Source: Endomicrobiales bacterium (GTDB taxonomy: Bacteria; Elusimicrobiota; Endomicrobiia; Endomicrobiales; JALOBY01). Taken from it: a stretch of DNA of 64,000 bases. Under the pieces are notes generated by a model that had not been told where the DNA came from, did not search any database, and saw only the letters and a program-made list of their open reading frames with translations. The DNA is taken from NCBI GenBank assembly GCA_963796955.1, contig CAWCNJ010000005.1, positions 200,598-264,597 of the forward strand. Direction: 5' to 3'. Positions 52,634 to 62,071 of this stretch are shown here, piece after piece (the stretch's first letter is position 1; every line of letters begins with the position of its first letter). The position numbers and the translations under genes are program-made.

Positions 52634-53554
52634 TCAGCGCACCTTTAAGACTATCTTGCCGCGGGTATGGGTGCTTTTAAGCAGCTGGTGCGCTTCGCCG
52701 GCTTTTTCCAGCGGGAAGATGTCGGTGACGACAACCTGCACATGGCCGGCATCTATGAGCTTGCCGATCTGTCTGAGCTGACTGCCGTCAGCATGCACCA
52801 TAAGACGCCGGGCGGCCGCTTTTTTAGCGAGCGCCTTTTCGGCGGAAGGCTCGTTCTTGGTTGTAACGAACGTGCCGCCGTCCTTTAATACCGCCCAGGA
52901 GCGTTCCTGCACTTCTCCGCCGATAAGGTCGAGCACCAGATCGATATCGCGCACCTTCTCCTCAAAGGGTCCGGCCTGGTAATCTATCGCTTCGTTCGCT
53001 CCGATGGTTCTAAGGAACGCCAAATCCTGTGATGCGGCCGTGCCGATCACGTACGCGCCGGCGTTATGGGCGAACTGTACCGCGAAACCGCCCACGCCGC
53101 CCGCCGCGCCCTGTATGAATACCCGATGGCCGGTTACCAGGTTGCCCAGATCAAAAAGCGATTGCCAGGCCGCCAGAGCGGCAAGCGGTACCGCCGCCGC
53201 CTTTGTAAAATCCAGTATGGCGGGCTTCGGCGCCAGGTTTTCCGCCTTGGCGACCGCGTACTCCGCGTAGCCGCCCGAATAGCCTATCATACCGAAGACG
53301 GCGTCGCCGACGGCAAAGCCTTTGACCCGTTCACCGGTTCTTTCGATAACGCCGGCAATATCGCCGCCGGGGATAAGAGGAAGGGGGAACGTTCCCTTAT
53401 AACCGCCTTCCCGTATTATCACGTCTACCGGGTTCACGCCTGCTGCTTGCACGCTTACCAGTACCTCGTCTTCCTTCAGCGCCGGGATCTTTTCTTCCTC
53501 ATACCGTAAAACCTCCGGACCCCCGAATGTGCGTTCAATTATCGCATGTGGCAT
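52634..53554 (-). CDS. NADP-dependent (quinone) oxidoreductase, MDR family
   Basis: GVNPVD, GAAGGVG, GKIVL. Confidence 0.93.
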   Translation of the reverse strand: MPHAIIERTFGGPEVLRYEEEKIPALKEDEVLVSVQAAGVNPVDVIIREGGYKGTFPLPLIPGGDIAGVIERTGERVKGFAVGDAVFGMIGYSGGYAEYAVAKAENLAPKPAILDFTKAAAVPLAALAAWQSLFDLGNLVTGHRVFIQGAAGGVGGFAVQFAHNAGAYVIGTAASQDLAFLRTIGANEAIDYQAGPFEEKVRDIDLVLDLIGGEVQERSWAVLKDGGTFVTTKNEPSAEKALAKKAAARRLMVHADGSQLRQIGKLIDAGHVQVVVTDIFPLEKAGEAHQLLKSTHTRGKIVLKVR

Positions 53555-53600
53555 ATATTTTCTCCTTTAGTCAAATTTCAGTCAAAACTGCATACTATCT

Positions 53601-53654
53601 TTTTTAGCATTTAATTTCTGTAAAATTCATCGTGGCGCTCCACCGGTCACTGAC
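53601..53654 (-). promoter_or_regulatory. GTCA-N44-(-10) promoter
   Basis: GTCAGTGACCGGTGGAG..AAATGC TAAAAA. Confidence 0.6.
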
Positions 53655-53711
53655 GTAATTAATCGTTGCCTTCCCGTGAAATATAGTGTAAGCTCGCTGA
53701 AGGGCACAGAC

Positions 53712-53764
53712 GTCAGCGAAAGGCGGTTCGGCGACAGGTTGAGCCCTGTATATATTGGTATAAT
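53712..53764 (+). promoter_or_regulatory. GTCA-N43-(-10) promoter
   Basis: GTCAGCGAAAGGCGGTT..TGG TATAAT. Confidence 0.6.
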
Positions 53765-53792
53765 CATAAAAAGCAAACTAAGGAGTTACTAC

Positions 53793-54266
53793 ATGAATCC
53801 GCAACGCATTTTGATGTTCGCATTGCTCAGCATCGCGCTGTTATCCGCTGTAGCATGTGCCCGGGATGAGGCAGGGCTTGGCATTATGATCGGCGCTCCG
53901 ACGGGAGTAAGCGGAAAGCTATGGAAAAGCGATACCAGGGCCTTTGATGCCGCTCTCGGCTGGTCACTTTCCGGTACCGAATCATTCTACATGCACGCCG
54001 ACTACCTGGTGCAGGATCCCCGGCAATTCACCGTGAGCGAGGGAACCATGCCGTATTATTACGGTATCGGGGCCCGGCTGCGCAACGACAATGGTGAAGA
54101 GGGCCGTTTCGGGGTGCGCGTGCCGCTGGGCCTGGAATATCTTTTGCAGGACGCCCCGATAAACATATTCATTGAGATAGCGCTGGTGCTGGACCTGACG
54201 CCTAAGACGGAAGGCGATCTGAACGCCGGTGTCGGCGTACGCTATCGTTTTAAAACGCCCCGCTAA
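53793..54266 (+). CDS. Small outer-membrane beta-barrel (DUF3996-like)
   Basis: GLG..G.PTG.S.K, G.R.P.G, GVRYRF. Confidence 0.75.
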   Translation: MNPQRILMFALLSIALLSAVACARDEAGLGIMIGAPTGVSGKLWKSDTRAFDAALGWSLSGTESFYMHADYLVQDPRQFTVSEGTMPYYYGIGARLRNDNGEEGRFGVRVPLGLEYLLQDAPINIFIEIALVLDLTPKTEGDLNAGVGVRYRFKTPR

Positions 54267-54313
54267 ACCGCCGTTCGTGTTGACGTTTGTCTCCAAAAAC
54301 GTATAATAAAGGT

Positions 54314-54691
54314 GTGAAAAAGAAAATACTGGTCGTTGAAGATGATCGGCAGGCCGCGATGGTGCTGCAGGTGCGGTTGAACGCGGCCGGCTATGAGGCC
54401 TACGTTGCCTACAACGGCGAAGAAGGCTGGCACCTGATACAGGCCATAACGCCGGACCTGGTGATCCTTGATGTTGAAATGCCCCTGCTTAACGGTTACG
54501 GCGTTTGCGAGCTGATAAAAGCGAAACCGGAAACAAAACATATCCCCATTCTGCTGCTTACCTCCCGCGACACCGTGGGAGACATAGACACCGGCTTCGA
54601 TTCCGGAGCCGATTCATTCCTGGCAAAACCCTACACTTGGGAACGCCTGCACAATAAGATCAAACAACTATTAATGACACCAGAGACCTGA
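54314..54691 (+). CDS. Single-domain response regulator
   Basis: VVEDD, LDVEMP, LT, KP. Confidence 0.93.
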   Translation: MKKKILVVEDDRQAAMVLQVRLNAAGYEAYVAYNGEEGWHLIQAITPDLVILDVEMPLLNGYGVCELIKAKPETKHIPILLLTSRDTVGDIDTGFDSGADSFLAKPYTWERLHNKIKQLLMTPET

Positions 54692-54716
54692 AGTCCCCCT
54701 CGTCAACCCAAACTAC

Positions 54717-55835
54717 ATGAACCTACAGGAATTAGGCTGGAACGATTTTTTTGAGGCGCAGTATAACAAAATAAAAACAGCGGATACCTTCCCGGCCAGA
54801 GTGGCGAAGGCGCAGAGGGAAAAATATCTGTTGCTGAGCGGCCTGGGCGAGCTCAATGCGGATATTAACGGTAAGCTTCGCTTTGGCGCGCTTGGCCGCA
54901 GCGATCTTCCGGCGGTCGGGGACTGGGTGGTCGCCCAAAGGCGCAAAGAGGGCGACGCGGTATCCATAGAGGCGATATTGCCGCGGCGGAACAAGCTCTC
55001 CAGGAAAGTCGCCGGCACGACGGCGGACGAACAAGTGTTGTCCGTTAATCTTGATATGGTTTTTCTGGTCAGCGGCCTGGATAATGACCATAATATCCGG
55101 CGCATAGAGCGCTACCTGTCGCTGCTGAGCGATTGCGGACTTGACGCCGTCATAGTGTTGAACAAGACCGACAAGTGCGCGGATGTTGAAGCGCTGGCGG
55201 CCGAAGTGCGCGGTGTTGCCGGCAGCGCTCCCATCGTTACCGCAAGCGCGGTGAATAACGAGGGATTGCACGAGCTGGAAAAATTTATTTCAACGGGCAA
55301 AACGATCGCCCTGGTCGGGTCGTCCGGCGTCGGAAAATCAACGATCATCAACGCTTTGCTGGGAGCGGAAAAACAAAAAGTCGGCGCGGTGCGCGAAAGT
55401 GACAGCACCGGCATGCATATTACCACCCACCGGGAGCTGTTGGTATTGCCCAATGGCGGTATGTTGATAGATAACCCGGGTATGCGCGAGGTGCAGGCAT
55501 GGGCGGGCAGGGATGTGCTGGAAAACACGTTCGCTGATATAATAGAAATGGCGCGTTCCTGCAGATTCGGCAATTGTACGCACACGAACGAGCCGGATTG
55601 CGCTATACGCGCGGCGCTCGAGGCCGGCGCTCTGGACGCAAAACGGCTGGAAAACTATCATAAGCTTAAGCGGGAGATAGATGCACTGGCTGAGCGCAAA
55701 CAGGCGGTAAGCTTGTTGAACGCGAAGATCGTGACCGAAAAAAAAGTAAAAAAGTCTTCGAAAGAAGTTAAGAAATTAAGGAACATACAACGAGAGCAGG
55801 ACAGGAGAACACATGAGCGAGAATATGGAGAATGA
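54717..55835 (+). CDS. rsgA: Ribosome small subunit-dependent GTPase A
   Basis: VGDWV, NKTD, GSSGVGKS, DNPG, C.F..C.H..EP.C. Confidence 0.93.
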   Translation: MNLQELGWNDFFEAQYNKIKTADTFPARVAKAQREKYLLLSGLGELNADINGKLRFGALGRSDLPAVGDWVVAQRRKEGDAVSIEAILPRRNKLSRKVAGTTADEQVLSVNLDMVFLVSGLDNDHNIRRIERYLSLLSDCGLDAVIVLNKTDKCADVEALAAEVRGVAGSAPIVTASAVNNEGLHELEKFISTGKTIALVGSSGVGKSTIINALLGAEKQKVGAVRESDSTGMHITTHRELLVLPNGGMLIDNPGMREVQAWAGRDVLENTFADIIEMARSCRFGNCTHTNEPDCAIRAALEAGALDAKRLENYHKLKREIDALAERKQAVSLLNAKIVTEKKVKKSSKEVKKLRNIQREQDRRTHEREYGE

Positions 55836-56196
55836 CGAAGCAGTGGAGACCGATAAGAACGATCAGGCACTGAAAGACATGATCGGCCGCATGCAGCAGC
55901 AGCTGACGTACCTGGAAAAAAAGGTGGATGTGCTGATAGCGAAGCTGGACGAAAAACCGCGTATCGCCGTACAGTCACCGTTCAGACCGCCGCAGCCGAG
56001 CGCGGCGCCCTACAAGGAAAGAAGTTCCTACCCGCCGCGTTCGTTCAATCGCGAGGGTGCCAATGAAGCTCCCCGGCCTTTCGGACCGGGCAGTGCAAAA
56101 GGCCGGGGTTTTAAAAAGCCTTTTGGCGGCGGTAAGCGCCCGGGGTTCGGAGGGAAACCTTTTCACTCAAAACGTTCGGGCGGTTTTCATAAGTAA
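55813..56196 (+). CDS. Hypothetical coiled-coil protein with basic disordered tail
   Basis: MQQQL..LEKKVD; G/R/F-rich tail. Confidence 0.65.
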   Translation: MSENMENDEAVETDKNDQALKDMIGRMQQQLTYLEKKVDVLIAKLDEKPRIAVQSPFRPPQPSAAPYKERSSYPPRSFNREGANEAPRPFGPGSAKGRGFKKPFGGGKRPGFGGKPFHSKRSGGFHK

Positions 56197-56273
56197 AAGG
56201 TCGTAACGATACATACATGTCCCGGTTATGAAACAGCCTTACGCAAGGCACCCAGACCGAAAGGAAGGGTGTC

Positions 56274-57377
56274 TTGCTTGTGTATACGGCGTTTGAAAAT
56301 GATCCGCTGTTGTTCGCAAACCCTGGAAAGATAATTACCTGCGACAGCTATGCGGCGCTTGAAAGTTCATTTGGGATGCTGGAGTCCGCGCTGGCGAAAG
56401 GATACTGGCTGGCCGGATATATTTCCTACGAGGCCGGTTATGGTTTAGAGGCTACTCTCGCCCCGTGCCGGCAAAAAAGCGATTTCCCGTTGCTGAAATT
56501 CGGCTGTTATAAAAACCCGGTCGACGGCGGCGGTTTGTTCGAAAGCGGTCCCGCGATCCCGTTCCTCACCGGCCTCAACGCCTCCGTCTCGTTCGACGAA
56601 TATCGGAAGGATATCGCAGCGATACACGCAGCCATCGCCGCCGGGGACGTGTACCAGACCACCTATTGTTTAAAACTGAAATTCGATCTTCACGGCAGCG
56701 GCATCGCGCTCTTCTCCCGCCTGTTCAAGGATCAGCCTGTTCCCTATCCCGCGTATATAGCCAACGGCACGGTCGAGATACTTTCCCTTTCACCGGAACT
56801 GTTCATGAAAAGTTCCGCCGGCCGGCTGATCACCAAACCTATGAAAGGCACGTGGCCCCGCGGCGCTGGACCGCTGTCCGACATCGCCGCACGGTTCAGC
56901 CTGAAATACGATACCAAGAACCGGGCTGAAAATGTTATGATCTGCGATCTGCTGCGCAATGATCTGGGCAGGATGGGCAATGATGTGAAAGTGGACAGGA
57001 TCTTTGAGGTGACGGGCTACCGGACGCTGTATCAGATGACCTCCACGGTTTCGGCGAACGTTGAAAGCAACAAGCCTCTCATCGACATATTCCGCTCATT
57101 GTTCCCGTCCGGCTCGGTTACCGGTGCGCCAAAGCTCAAGGCAATGGAACTGATACACGCCCTCGAGCGCGAAAAAAGGAAAATATATACCGGGGCAATA
57201 GGATATATTACACCCGGCCGCGATCTGTTCTTCAATGTGCCGATACGGACCATCCTGCTGGAAGACGGCCGCGGCGAAATGGGCGTCGGCGGCGGTATCA
57301 TCTGGGATTCCACCGCCCGGGGCGAATGGGATGAAGGGCTGCTGAAATCAAAATTCCTGAGCGCTCTCGTCAGATAA
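56274..57377 (+). CDS. pabB: Aminodeoxychorismate synthase component I-like
   Basis: SPELF, PMKGT, AEN.MI.DLLRNDL, SVTGAPK. Confidence 0.85.
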   Translation: MLVYTAFENDPLLFANPGKIITCDSYAALESSFGMLESALAKGYWLAGYISYEAGYGLEATLAPCRQKSDFPLLKFGCYKNPVDGGGLFESGPAIPFLTGLNASVSFDEYRKDIAAIHAAIAAGDVYQTTYCLKLKFDLHGSGIALFSRLFKDQPVPYPAYIANGTVEILSLSPELFMKSSAGRLITKPMKGTWPRGAGPLSDIAARFSLKYDTKNRAENVMICDLLRNDLGRMGNDVKVDRIFEVTGYRTLYQMTSTVSANVESNKPLIDIFRSLFPSGSVTGAPKLKAMELIHALEREKRKIYTGAIGYITPGRDLFFNVPIRTILLEDGRGEMGVGGGIIWDSTARGEWDEGLLKSKFLSALVR

Positions 57378-57382
57378 ACCGT

Positions 57383-58408
57383 TCACATCAGCCAGCGGCT
57401 CTGTATCAGCTTATACGAGCACAGATAGGTTGCGGCTCCGCACATGAGCAGGAATGTAAGCTCGCATGACCATGCTGAAATTCCGCTGTTGTCCAGCAGG
57501 ATCGCTCTGAGCGGGCCGTACAGCCTGAAAGAAGGGATATACACCGCCATGTTGCTGAGCGCGGATGAGAAGTCGGCCAACGCAGGCGGGACCAGCAGGC
57601 AGATATAGAGCAAAATGCCCCAGGTGCGGGCGCTGGCCTGCGTGCGGCACAAAAAACCGAGCGCGATACCGAAGGAAATAAAACAAAAACTCCCCGCTTC
57701 AACGAATAAAAGATATTGCGCGATCTTCGCGGGATATACCTGCACCGGCAGGTGCAGCAGCAGAGCCGCGCAGTTGACCAGGATCATGCCGGAAAGCAAT
57801 TTGGCGAACATCCATTCGGATTCCCGCATCGGTGTCTGCAGCAGGCCCAGCAGCAATTTTCTTTCTTTTTCGTCGGCGACCTGCGCGGGTACCAGGATAC
57901 AGCTTACCAGCAATACCATTAAGAGAACCCAGAGCGGCAGCATCTGTATCTGCACCCCGCTTTGCTGGAGAGAGACCACCGACGTGATCCAGCTGCTTTT
58001 GATCCCGGAGGCCGTTTTTTGCAGGGCCGAAAAATTTTCCAGGATCGACGCTGTGCCGAGGGAATTATTTTTAAGGACCAGTAGTTTTAAACCGCCCCGC
58101 TGTTCCTCGTTGTTAATCAACATGCCGTCCAATTCTTTTTGCTTCAACCGCCGTACGCCTTCATCGAATGACACGTCGCACAGCGTAAAGGCGCCCGGTG
58201 CTGCGGCAAGAGTATTTGTTATAACGGCGGGGTATACGTTATGCTCGAGCAGCCCGATCTTGCTGGCGTGAACGGTGCCAACCGTCTGATCGGTGAGTTT
58301 TAAGGAAAGGAACACAAAAGCCGGGATGAAGAATATAAGAAAGACCGATCTGTTCTTCCAGCAGGCTGCCAGATCGTTCAATACCAGCGCCGCGATGCGC
58401 GCGATCAT
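57383..58408 (-). CDS. ABC-2 type permease
   Basis: EKE..L..TP; multiple TM helices. Confidence 0.85.
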   Translation of the reverse strand: MIARIAALVLNDLAACWKNRSVFLIFFIPAFVFLSLKLTDQTVGTVHASKIGLLEHNVYPAVITNTLAAAPGAFTLCDVSFDEGVRRLKQKELDGMLINNEEQRGGLKLLVLKNNSLGTASILENFSALQKTASGIKSSWITSVVSLQQSGVQIQMLPLWVLLMVLLVSCILVPAQVADEKERKLLLGLLQTPMRESEWMFAKLLSGMILVNCAALLLHLPVQVYPAKIAQYLLFVEAGSFCFISFGIALGFLCRTQASARTWGILLYICLLVPPALADFSSALSNMAVYIPSFRLYGPLRAILLDNSGISAWSCELTFLLMCGAATYLCSYKLIQSRWLM

Positions 58409-59094
58409 ACGTACAGCTCCTGATGGACAGGCGAGCTAAAGTACGTTGCGGGCGGTCCGTCGAAAACAACGCTGCCCCGGTGCAGCACGATAAGACGGGA
58501 GGCGAGTGCGCGTATCTCTTCAGGTCTGTGGGAACTGAAAAGAATAGTTTTTCCGTCGAGATTTGTTTTTTTTACGAGCCGGTGTACCTCCCGGGTCATA
58601 TCAAAATCCAGGCCGGATGTCGGCTCATCCAGCAGCAGCACAGGCGGGTCGGGTAGTAATGAGCGGCCTATGCTGACGCGTTGTTTCAAGCCTTTGGAAA
58701 GGTTTTGCACTTTGCCGGTACGGAAGTTCTCAAGCCCGAACTCGCGCATAACCTCGCGTACCCGCGCCATGGGTAGCGCAAAGAGCCCGGCGAAAAGAGA
58801 AAGGTTATATTCGACTGAAAATGATCCGAAAAGATTCGGTTCCTCAGGCACGAAGCCGGCGTTCCGTACCAGCGCCTGCCGGTCCCTGAGGCTGCAGCCG
58901 CCGACCAGGGCCGTGCCGCTGTCGGGCACCAGCCAGCCGCCCAGTATTTTTAAAAGGGTTGATTTACCAGCGCCGTTGTGGCCGACGACGGCAACACATT
59001 CGCCTGTCCGAACGGTAAAATTTACGGAAAAAATACCCCTGGATCGCCGGTATCTTTTGGTAAGACCCTCAAGACATATCTGCATGAACCTCAC
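58405..59094 (-). CDS. ABC transporter ATP-binding protein
   Basis: GHNGAGKS, LSKG, LDEP. Confidence 0.95.
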   Translation of the reverse strand: MRFMQICLEGLTKRYRRSRGIFSVNFTVRTGECVAVVGHNGAGKSTLLKILGGWLVPDSGTALVGGCSLRDRQALVRNAGFVPEEPNLFGSFSVEYNLSLFAGLFALPMARVREVMREFGLENFRTGKVQNLSKGLKQRVSIGRSLLPDPPVLLLDEPTSGLDFDMTREVHRLVKKTNLDGKTILFSSHRPEEIRALASRLIVLHRGSVVFDGPPATYFSSPVHQELYV

Positions 59095-59103
59095 TGCCCC
59101 CCG

Positions 59104-59166
59104 TCAGATCAGCCGCACCAGTATTATTACCAATATCACAACGATCAACAATCCGATCAATCCCAT
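59104..59166 (-). CDS. 20-aa hydrophobic peptide missed by the ORF track
   Basis: MGLIGLLIVVILVIILVRLI; RBS AGGGGGG. Confidence 0.65.
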   Translation of the reverse strand: MGLIGLLIVVILVIILVRLI

Positions 59167-59250
59167 GGTGCCCCCCTGTTAATGCGGCAGTTAAAGGCCG
59201 CAGCAGTGTAAGCATCACACGGCTGCGGCCGTTCCATTGTAACCCTGCTT

Positions 59251-59787
59251 TTATTTGCTGATGCCGACCTTCTCCCTGATCTCTTTTTCCGTGCCGACGT
59301 CCATGCCGCCGGTGCGTTTCAGGATATCTTCAGCGCGGTCCTTGGATATGGAATCTTTGGTGTGCACGGAAAGCAATATCTCGCCGAGCGCGATCCTGTT
59401 CTCATATCTTTTGGCCTCGTATTCCGGCATACCGATGCCGGTAAGGGCTCCGGCGATACCGCCGATGGTCCCACCTGTTCCGGCGCCGGCCAGTAATGCC
59501 ATGATCGGTCCCGCCGCGATAAATGGCCCGATCCCCGGGATGGAAAGCAGTCCTACGCCCGCCAGCCAGCCAAGAACGCCGCCGATGATACCGCCCGTTA
59601 AACCGCCCGTTGTTGCGCCTTCGGGAGCTTTCGTAGTCTTTTTAAAGCCCAGGTCGCTTGCTGTTTTTTCGGCCGCCAGCAGGGATATATCGGTATTAAT
59701 GAATCCCGCGTCCCTCAGCTCGTTCAAAGCCGTTTCTACTTTTGCCCTGTTGGAATAGATCCCAAATACTGCTTCATTGTTTGCCAT
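59251..59787 (-). CDS. General stress protein (glycine-zipper membrane type)
   Basis: IPGIGPFIAAGP, G.PEYEAKRYE. Confidence 0.85.
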   Translation of the reverse strand: MANNEAVFGIYSNRAKVETALNELRDAGFINTDISLLAAEKTASDLGFKKTTKAPEGATTGGLTGGIIGGVLGWLAGVGLLSIPGIGPFIAAGPIMALLAGAGTGGTIGGIAGALTGIGMPEYEAKRYENRIALGEILLSVHTKDSISKDRAEDILKRTGGMDVGTEKEIREKVGISK

Positions 59788-59827
59788 AGTACTGCCTCCT
59801 TTTTGTATATAACCATCCCCGATGTCA

Positions 59828-60226
59828 TTATTTCTTTTCAGCGATATCCAGCTGATCCACCACTTTTCCCTCGCCCGCCAGCGCCGTTGCTTTTTTCACC
59901 ACCGCCGTTTTTTCGCTCTCCGACCTCACGGGGCCTTTTAGTGTGACCACGCCCTTGACCGTAATGATCTTGACATTGTGGGCGTAGGCGGACAACGTTT
60001 TGTCGTCGACGATAGCCCTGCGTATCCGTTTTGATAATTCTCTGTCCGTCACGGAGCCGCTTTGATCGCCGGCGTTAGGCTCATTCAGCTGCATTTCGGT
60101 CTTGTTGACCCCGGTATTATCGCCGGCGTTGGTTGTTGTGCTCTGCTGTACCGCAAACGCGCTGCCGCAACATGCCGCGCTTAAAACCAGTATCGCGATG
60201 CATAGTATGGATCTTATGTTGAACAT
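59828..60226 (-). CDS. BON domain protein
   Basis: IRRA..LS..AHNVKII..G.VTL.GPV. Confidence 0.9.
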   Translation of the reverse strand: MFNIRSILCIAILVLSAACCGSAFAVQQSTTTNAGDNTGVNKTEMQLNEPNAGDQSGSVTDRELSKRIRRAIVDDKTLSAYAHNVKIITVKGVVTLKGPVRSESEKTAVVKKATALAGEGKVVDQLDIAEKK

Positions 60227-60265
60227 AGTACTGCCTCCCTTATGGTCTATTTCACGCCTTGCATG

Positions 60266-60383
60266 AATGTAGCATTAAGGCCCTCGTGCTTCATATTGTC
60301 GGTTTCCACAAGAAGCTGATGAAAGTCCCGTCAGCGGCAGGGGGAAACGCACCCTTTGTTATACGGTGAAATTTTGAGACAAT
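60266..60383. promoter_or_regulatory. Back-to-back pair of (G/A)TCA-N44/45-(-10) promoters
   Basis: Minus: ATCAGCTTCTTGTGGAA..TGC TACATT; plus: GTCAGCGGCAGGGGGAA..TGA GACAAT. Confidence 0.6.
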
Positions 60384-60437
60384 GTGCCGACAGTGCAGGA
60401 CTACAGCAGGATCATTCACTTCACAGGAGGCAGGAAC

Positions 60438-61025
60438 ATGAAAAACAAGATGAACGGTTTAAGAAATTGGATACTGGCCTGCGTTATAGTGCTTGCGGCG
60501 CCCGCGGCGCTGCTGGCGGATTACGGCACGGGGATCGGCGAAAAATTCCTTTCCATCGGCCCGCGCGCCACGTACTCAACGCCGAAGGACGCCAGCAAGG
60601 GCGACTGGTTCGCCGGCGGCCAGGTGCGCCTGCATCTGTCCCCGGGTTTGGGGCTGGAAGGTTCCGTGGACTACCGGCGCAACGATTTTGGGAATAACAC
60701 CACTATAAAATCATATCCCGTGCAGGCGAGCATCCTTGCCTATATCCTGCCGGGCGCGGTGGTAAGCCCCTTCCTGCTGGGCGGCGGCGGATGGTATTAC
60801 ACGGAAGTGGATATTCCCGGCATGGATAAGCAAACCTCGTCGCGGTTCGGGCCGCACGCCGGGGCCGGCATCGAATTCATTATCAACGAATACCTCTCTC
60901 TCGACGGCACCTACCGGTATATCTGGCTGGAGGATATTACATCCAAAGGCAATGCGAATGTGCTGGACAAAAAATATAACGACAGCGGTTCCATGGTGCC
61001 CATCGCCTTGAACTTCCTGTTCTGA
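60438..61025 (+). CDS. Outer-membrane beta-barrel (OmpA-like TM domain)
   Basis: Signal peptide, G.HAGAG, YRY, terminal F. Confidence 0.8.
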   Translation: MKNKMNGLRNWILACVIVLAAPAALLADYGTGIGEKFLSIGPRATYSTPKDASKGDWFAGGQVRLHLSPGLGLEGSVDYRRNDFGNNTTIKSYPVQASILAYILPGAVVSPFLLGGGGWYYTEVDIPGMDKQTSSRFGPHAGAGIEFIINEYLSLDGTYRYIWLEDITSKGNANVLDKKYNDSGSMVPIALNFLF

Positions 61026-62071
61026 TGCTCGTTCCGGACCTGACGTTCGCCTGGCAATTGGCCCTTCTCGCAGCGGTCTCAGCTGCGGCAGGGTCAATTG
61101 CCTATACGGCGGTGCTCTCCGTTTTAAAAAAGATCGCCCGTAACAACGCTGTGCTCAACGCTGCGATCGCGGAAGGTTCCGTGCAGCCGTTGCGGCTGCT
61201 GATCCCGCTGTTGCTGGCAAGCCTGTTCCTGCCGTATGCTCCCGACTCCGTTCGCCAAGAATATCATCGGTCACTTTACGGGCATTTTGTGGACCATCTC
61301 CTTCGCGTGGCTGGTGATACAGGTGCCCGCGGTGCTTAAAACCTATATCCTGACCGTCTACCGGATAGAGAACAAGGATAATCTTAAAGCCCGGGCTATC
61401 TATACCCAGCTGGAGGTCTTGCAAAAGCTGGTCATTTTTATCGTCTCGGTGCTGGCTGCCGCTCTGATCCTGCTGAATTTTAACCGGGTGCGTTCGCTGG
61501 GGGCCAGTATCCTGGCCTCTGCCGGTATCGTCGGTATCATCGCGGGCTTCGCAGGGCAGAAGATACTGGCGAACCTGCTGGCCGGCATACAAATAGCGAT
61601 CGCGCAGCCCATACGGCTGGAGGACGTGGTCATCGTGGAAAGCGAATGGGGCTGGATCGAAGATATTTCGCTGACCTATGTAATAGTGCGGCTCTGGGAC
61701 CTGCGCGGGCTGGTGCTGCCTATTTCGTATTTTATAGAAAAACCTTTTCAGAACTGGACGAGAAAGACAGCCGAGCTTTTGGGCACGGTCGTGGTATACG
61801 CCGATTACACTATGCCCGTGGAACCGTTACGGAATGAACTGCGCCGGGTACTGGAAAGCAGTGTGCTGTGGAACAGGATCTCCTGGGGCCTGCAGGTGAC
61901 GAACGCGACCGACCGAACGCTGGAGCTGCGGGCCTTGATGAGCGCGAATGATTTGGCTCTCTGTGGAATTTACGCTGCGAGGTACGGGAAAAACTGACTG
62001 CCTTTATGGTGAACAGCTACCCGGCTTGTCTGCCGCTGCAGCGAATAAATGTTACTGGCGGAAAAAAATGA
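61025..62071 (+). pseudogene. MscS-family channel with about two frameshifts
   Basis: GFAGQ..LANL.AG, G.IE.I..TY, NWT; tail LWNLRCEVREKL in another frame. Confidence 0.85.
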
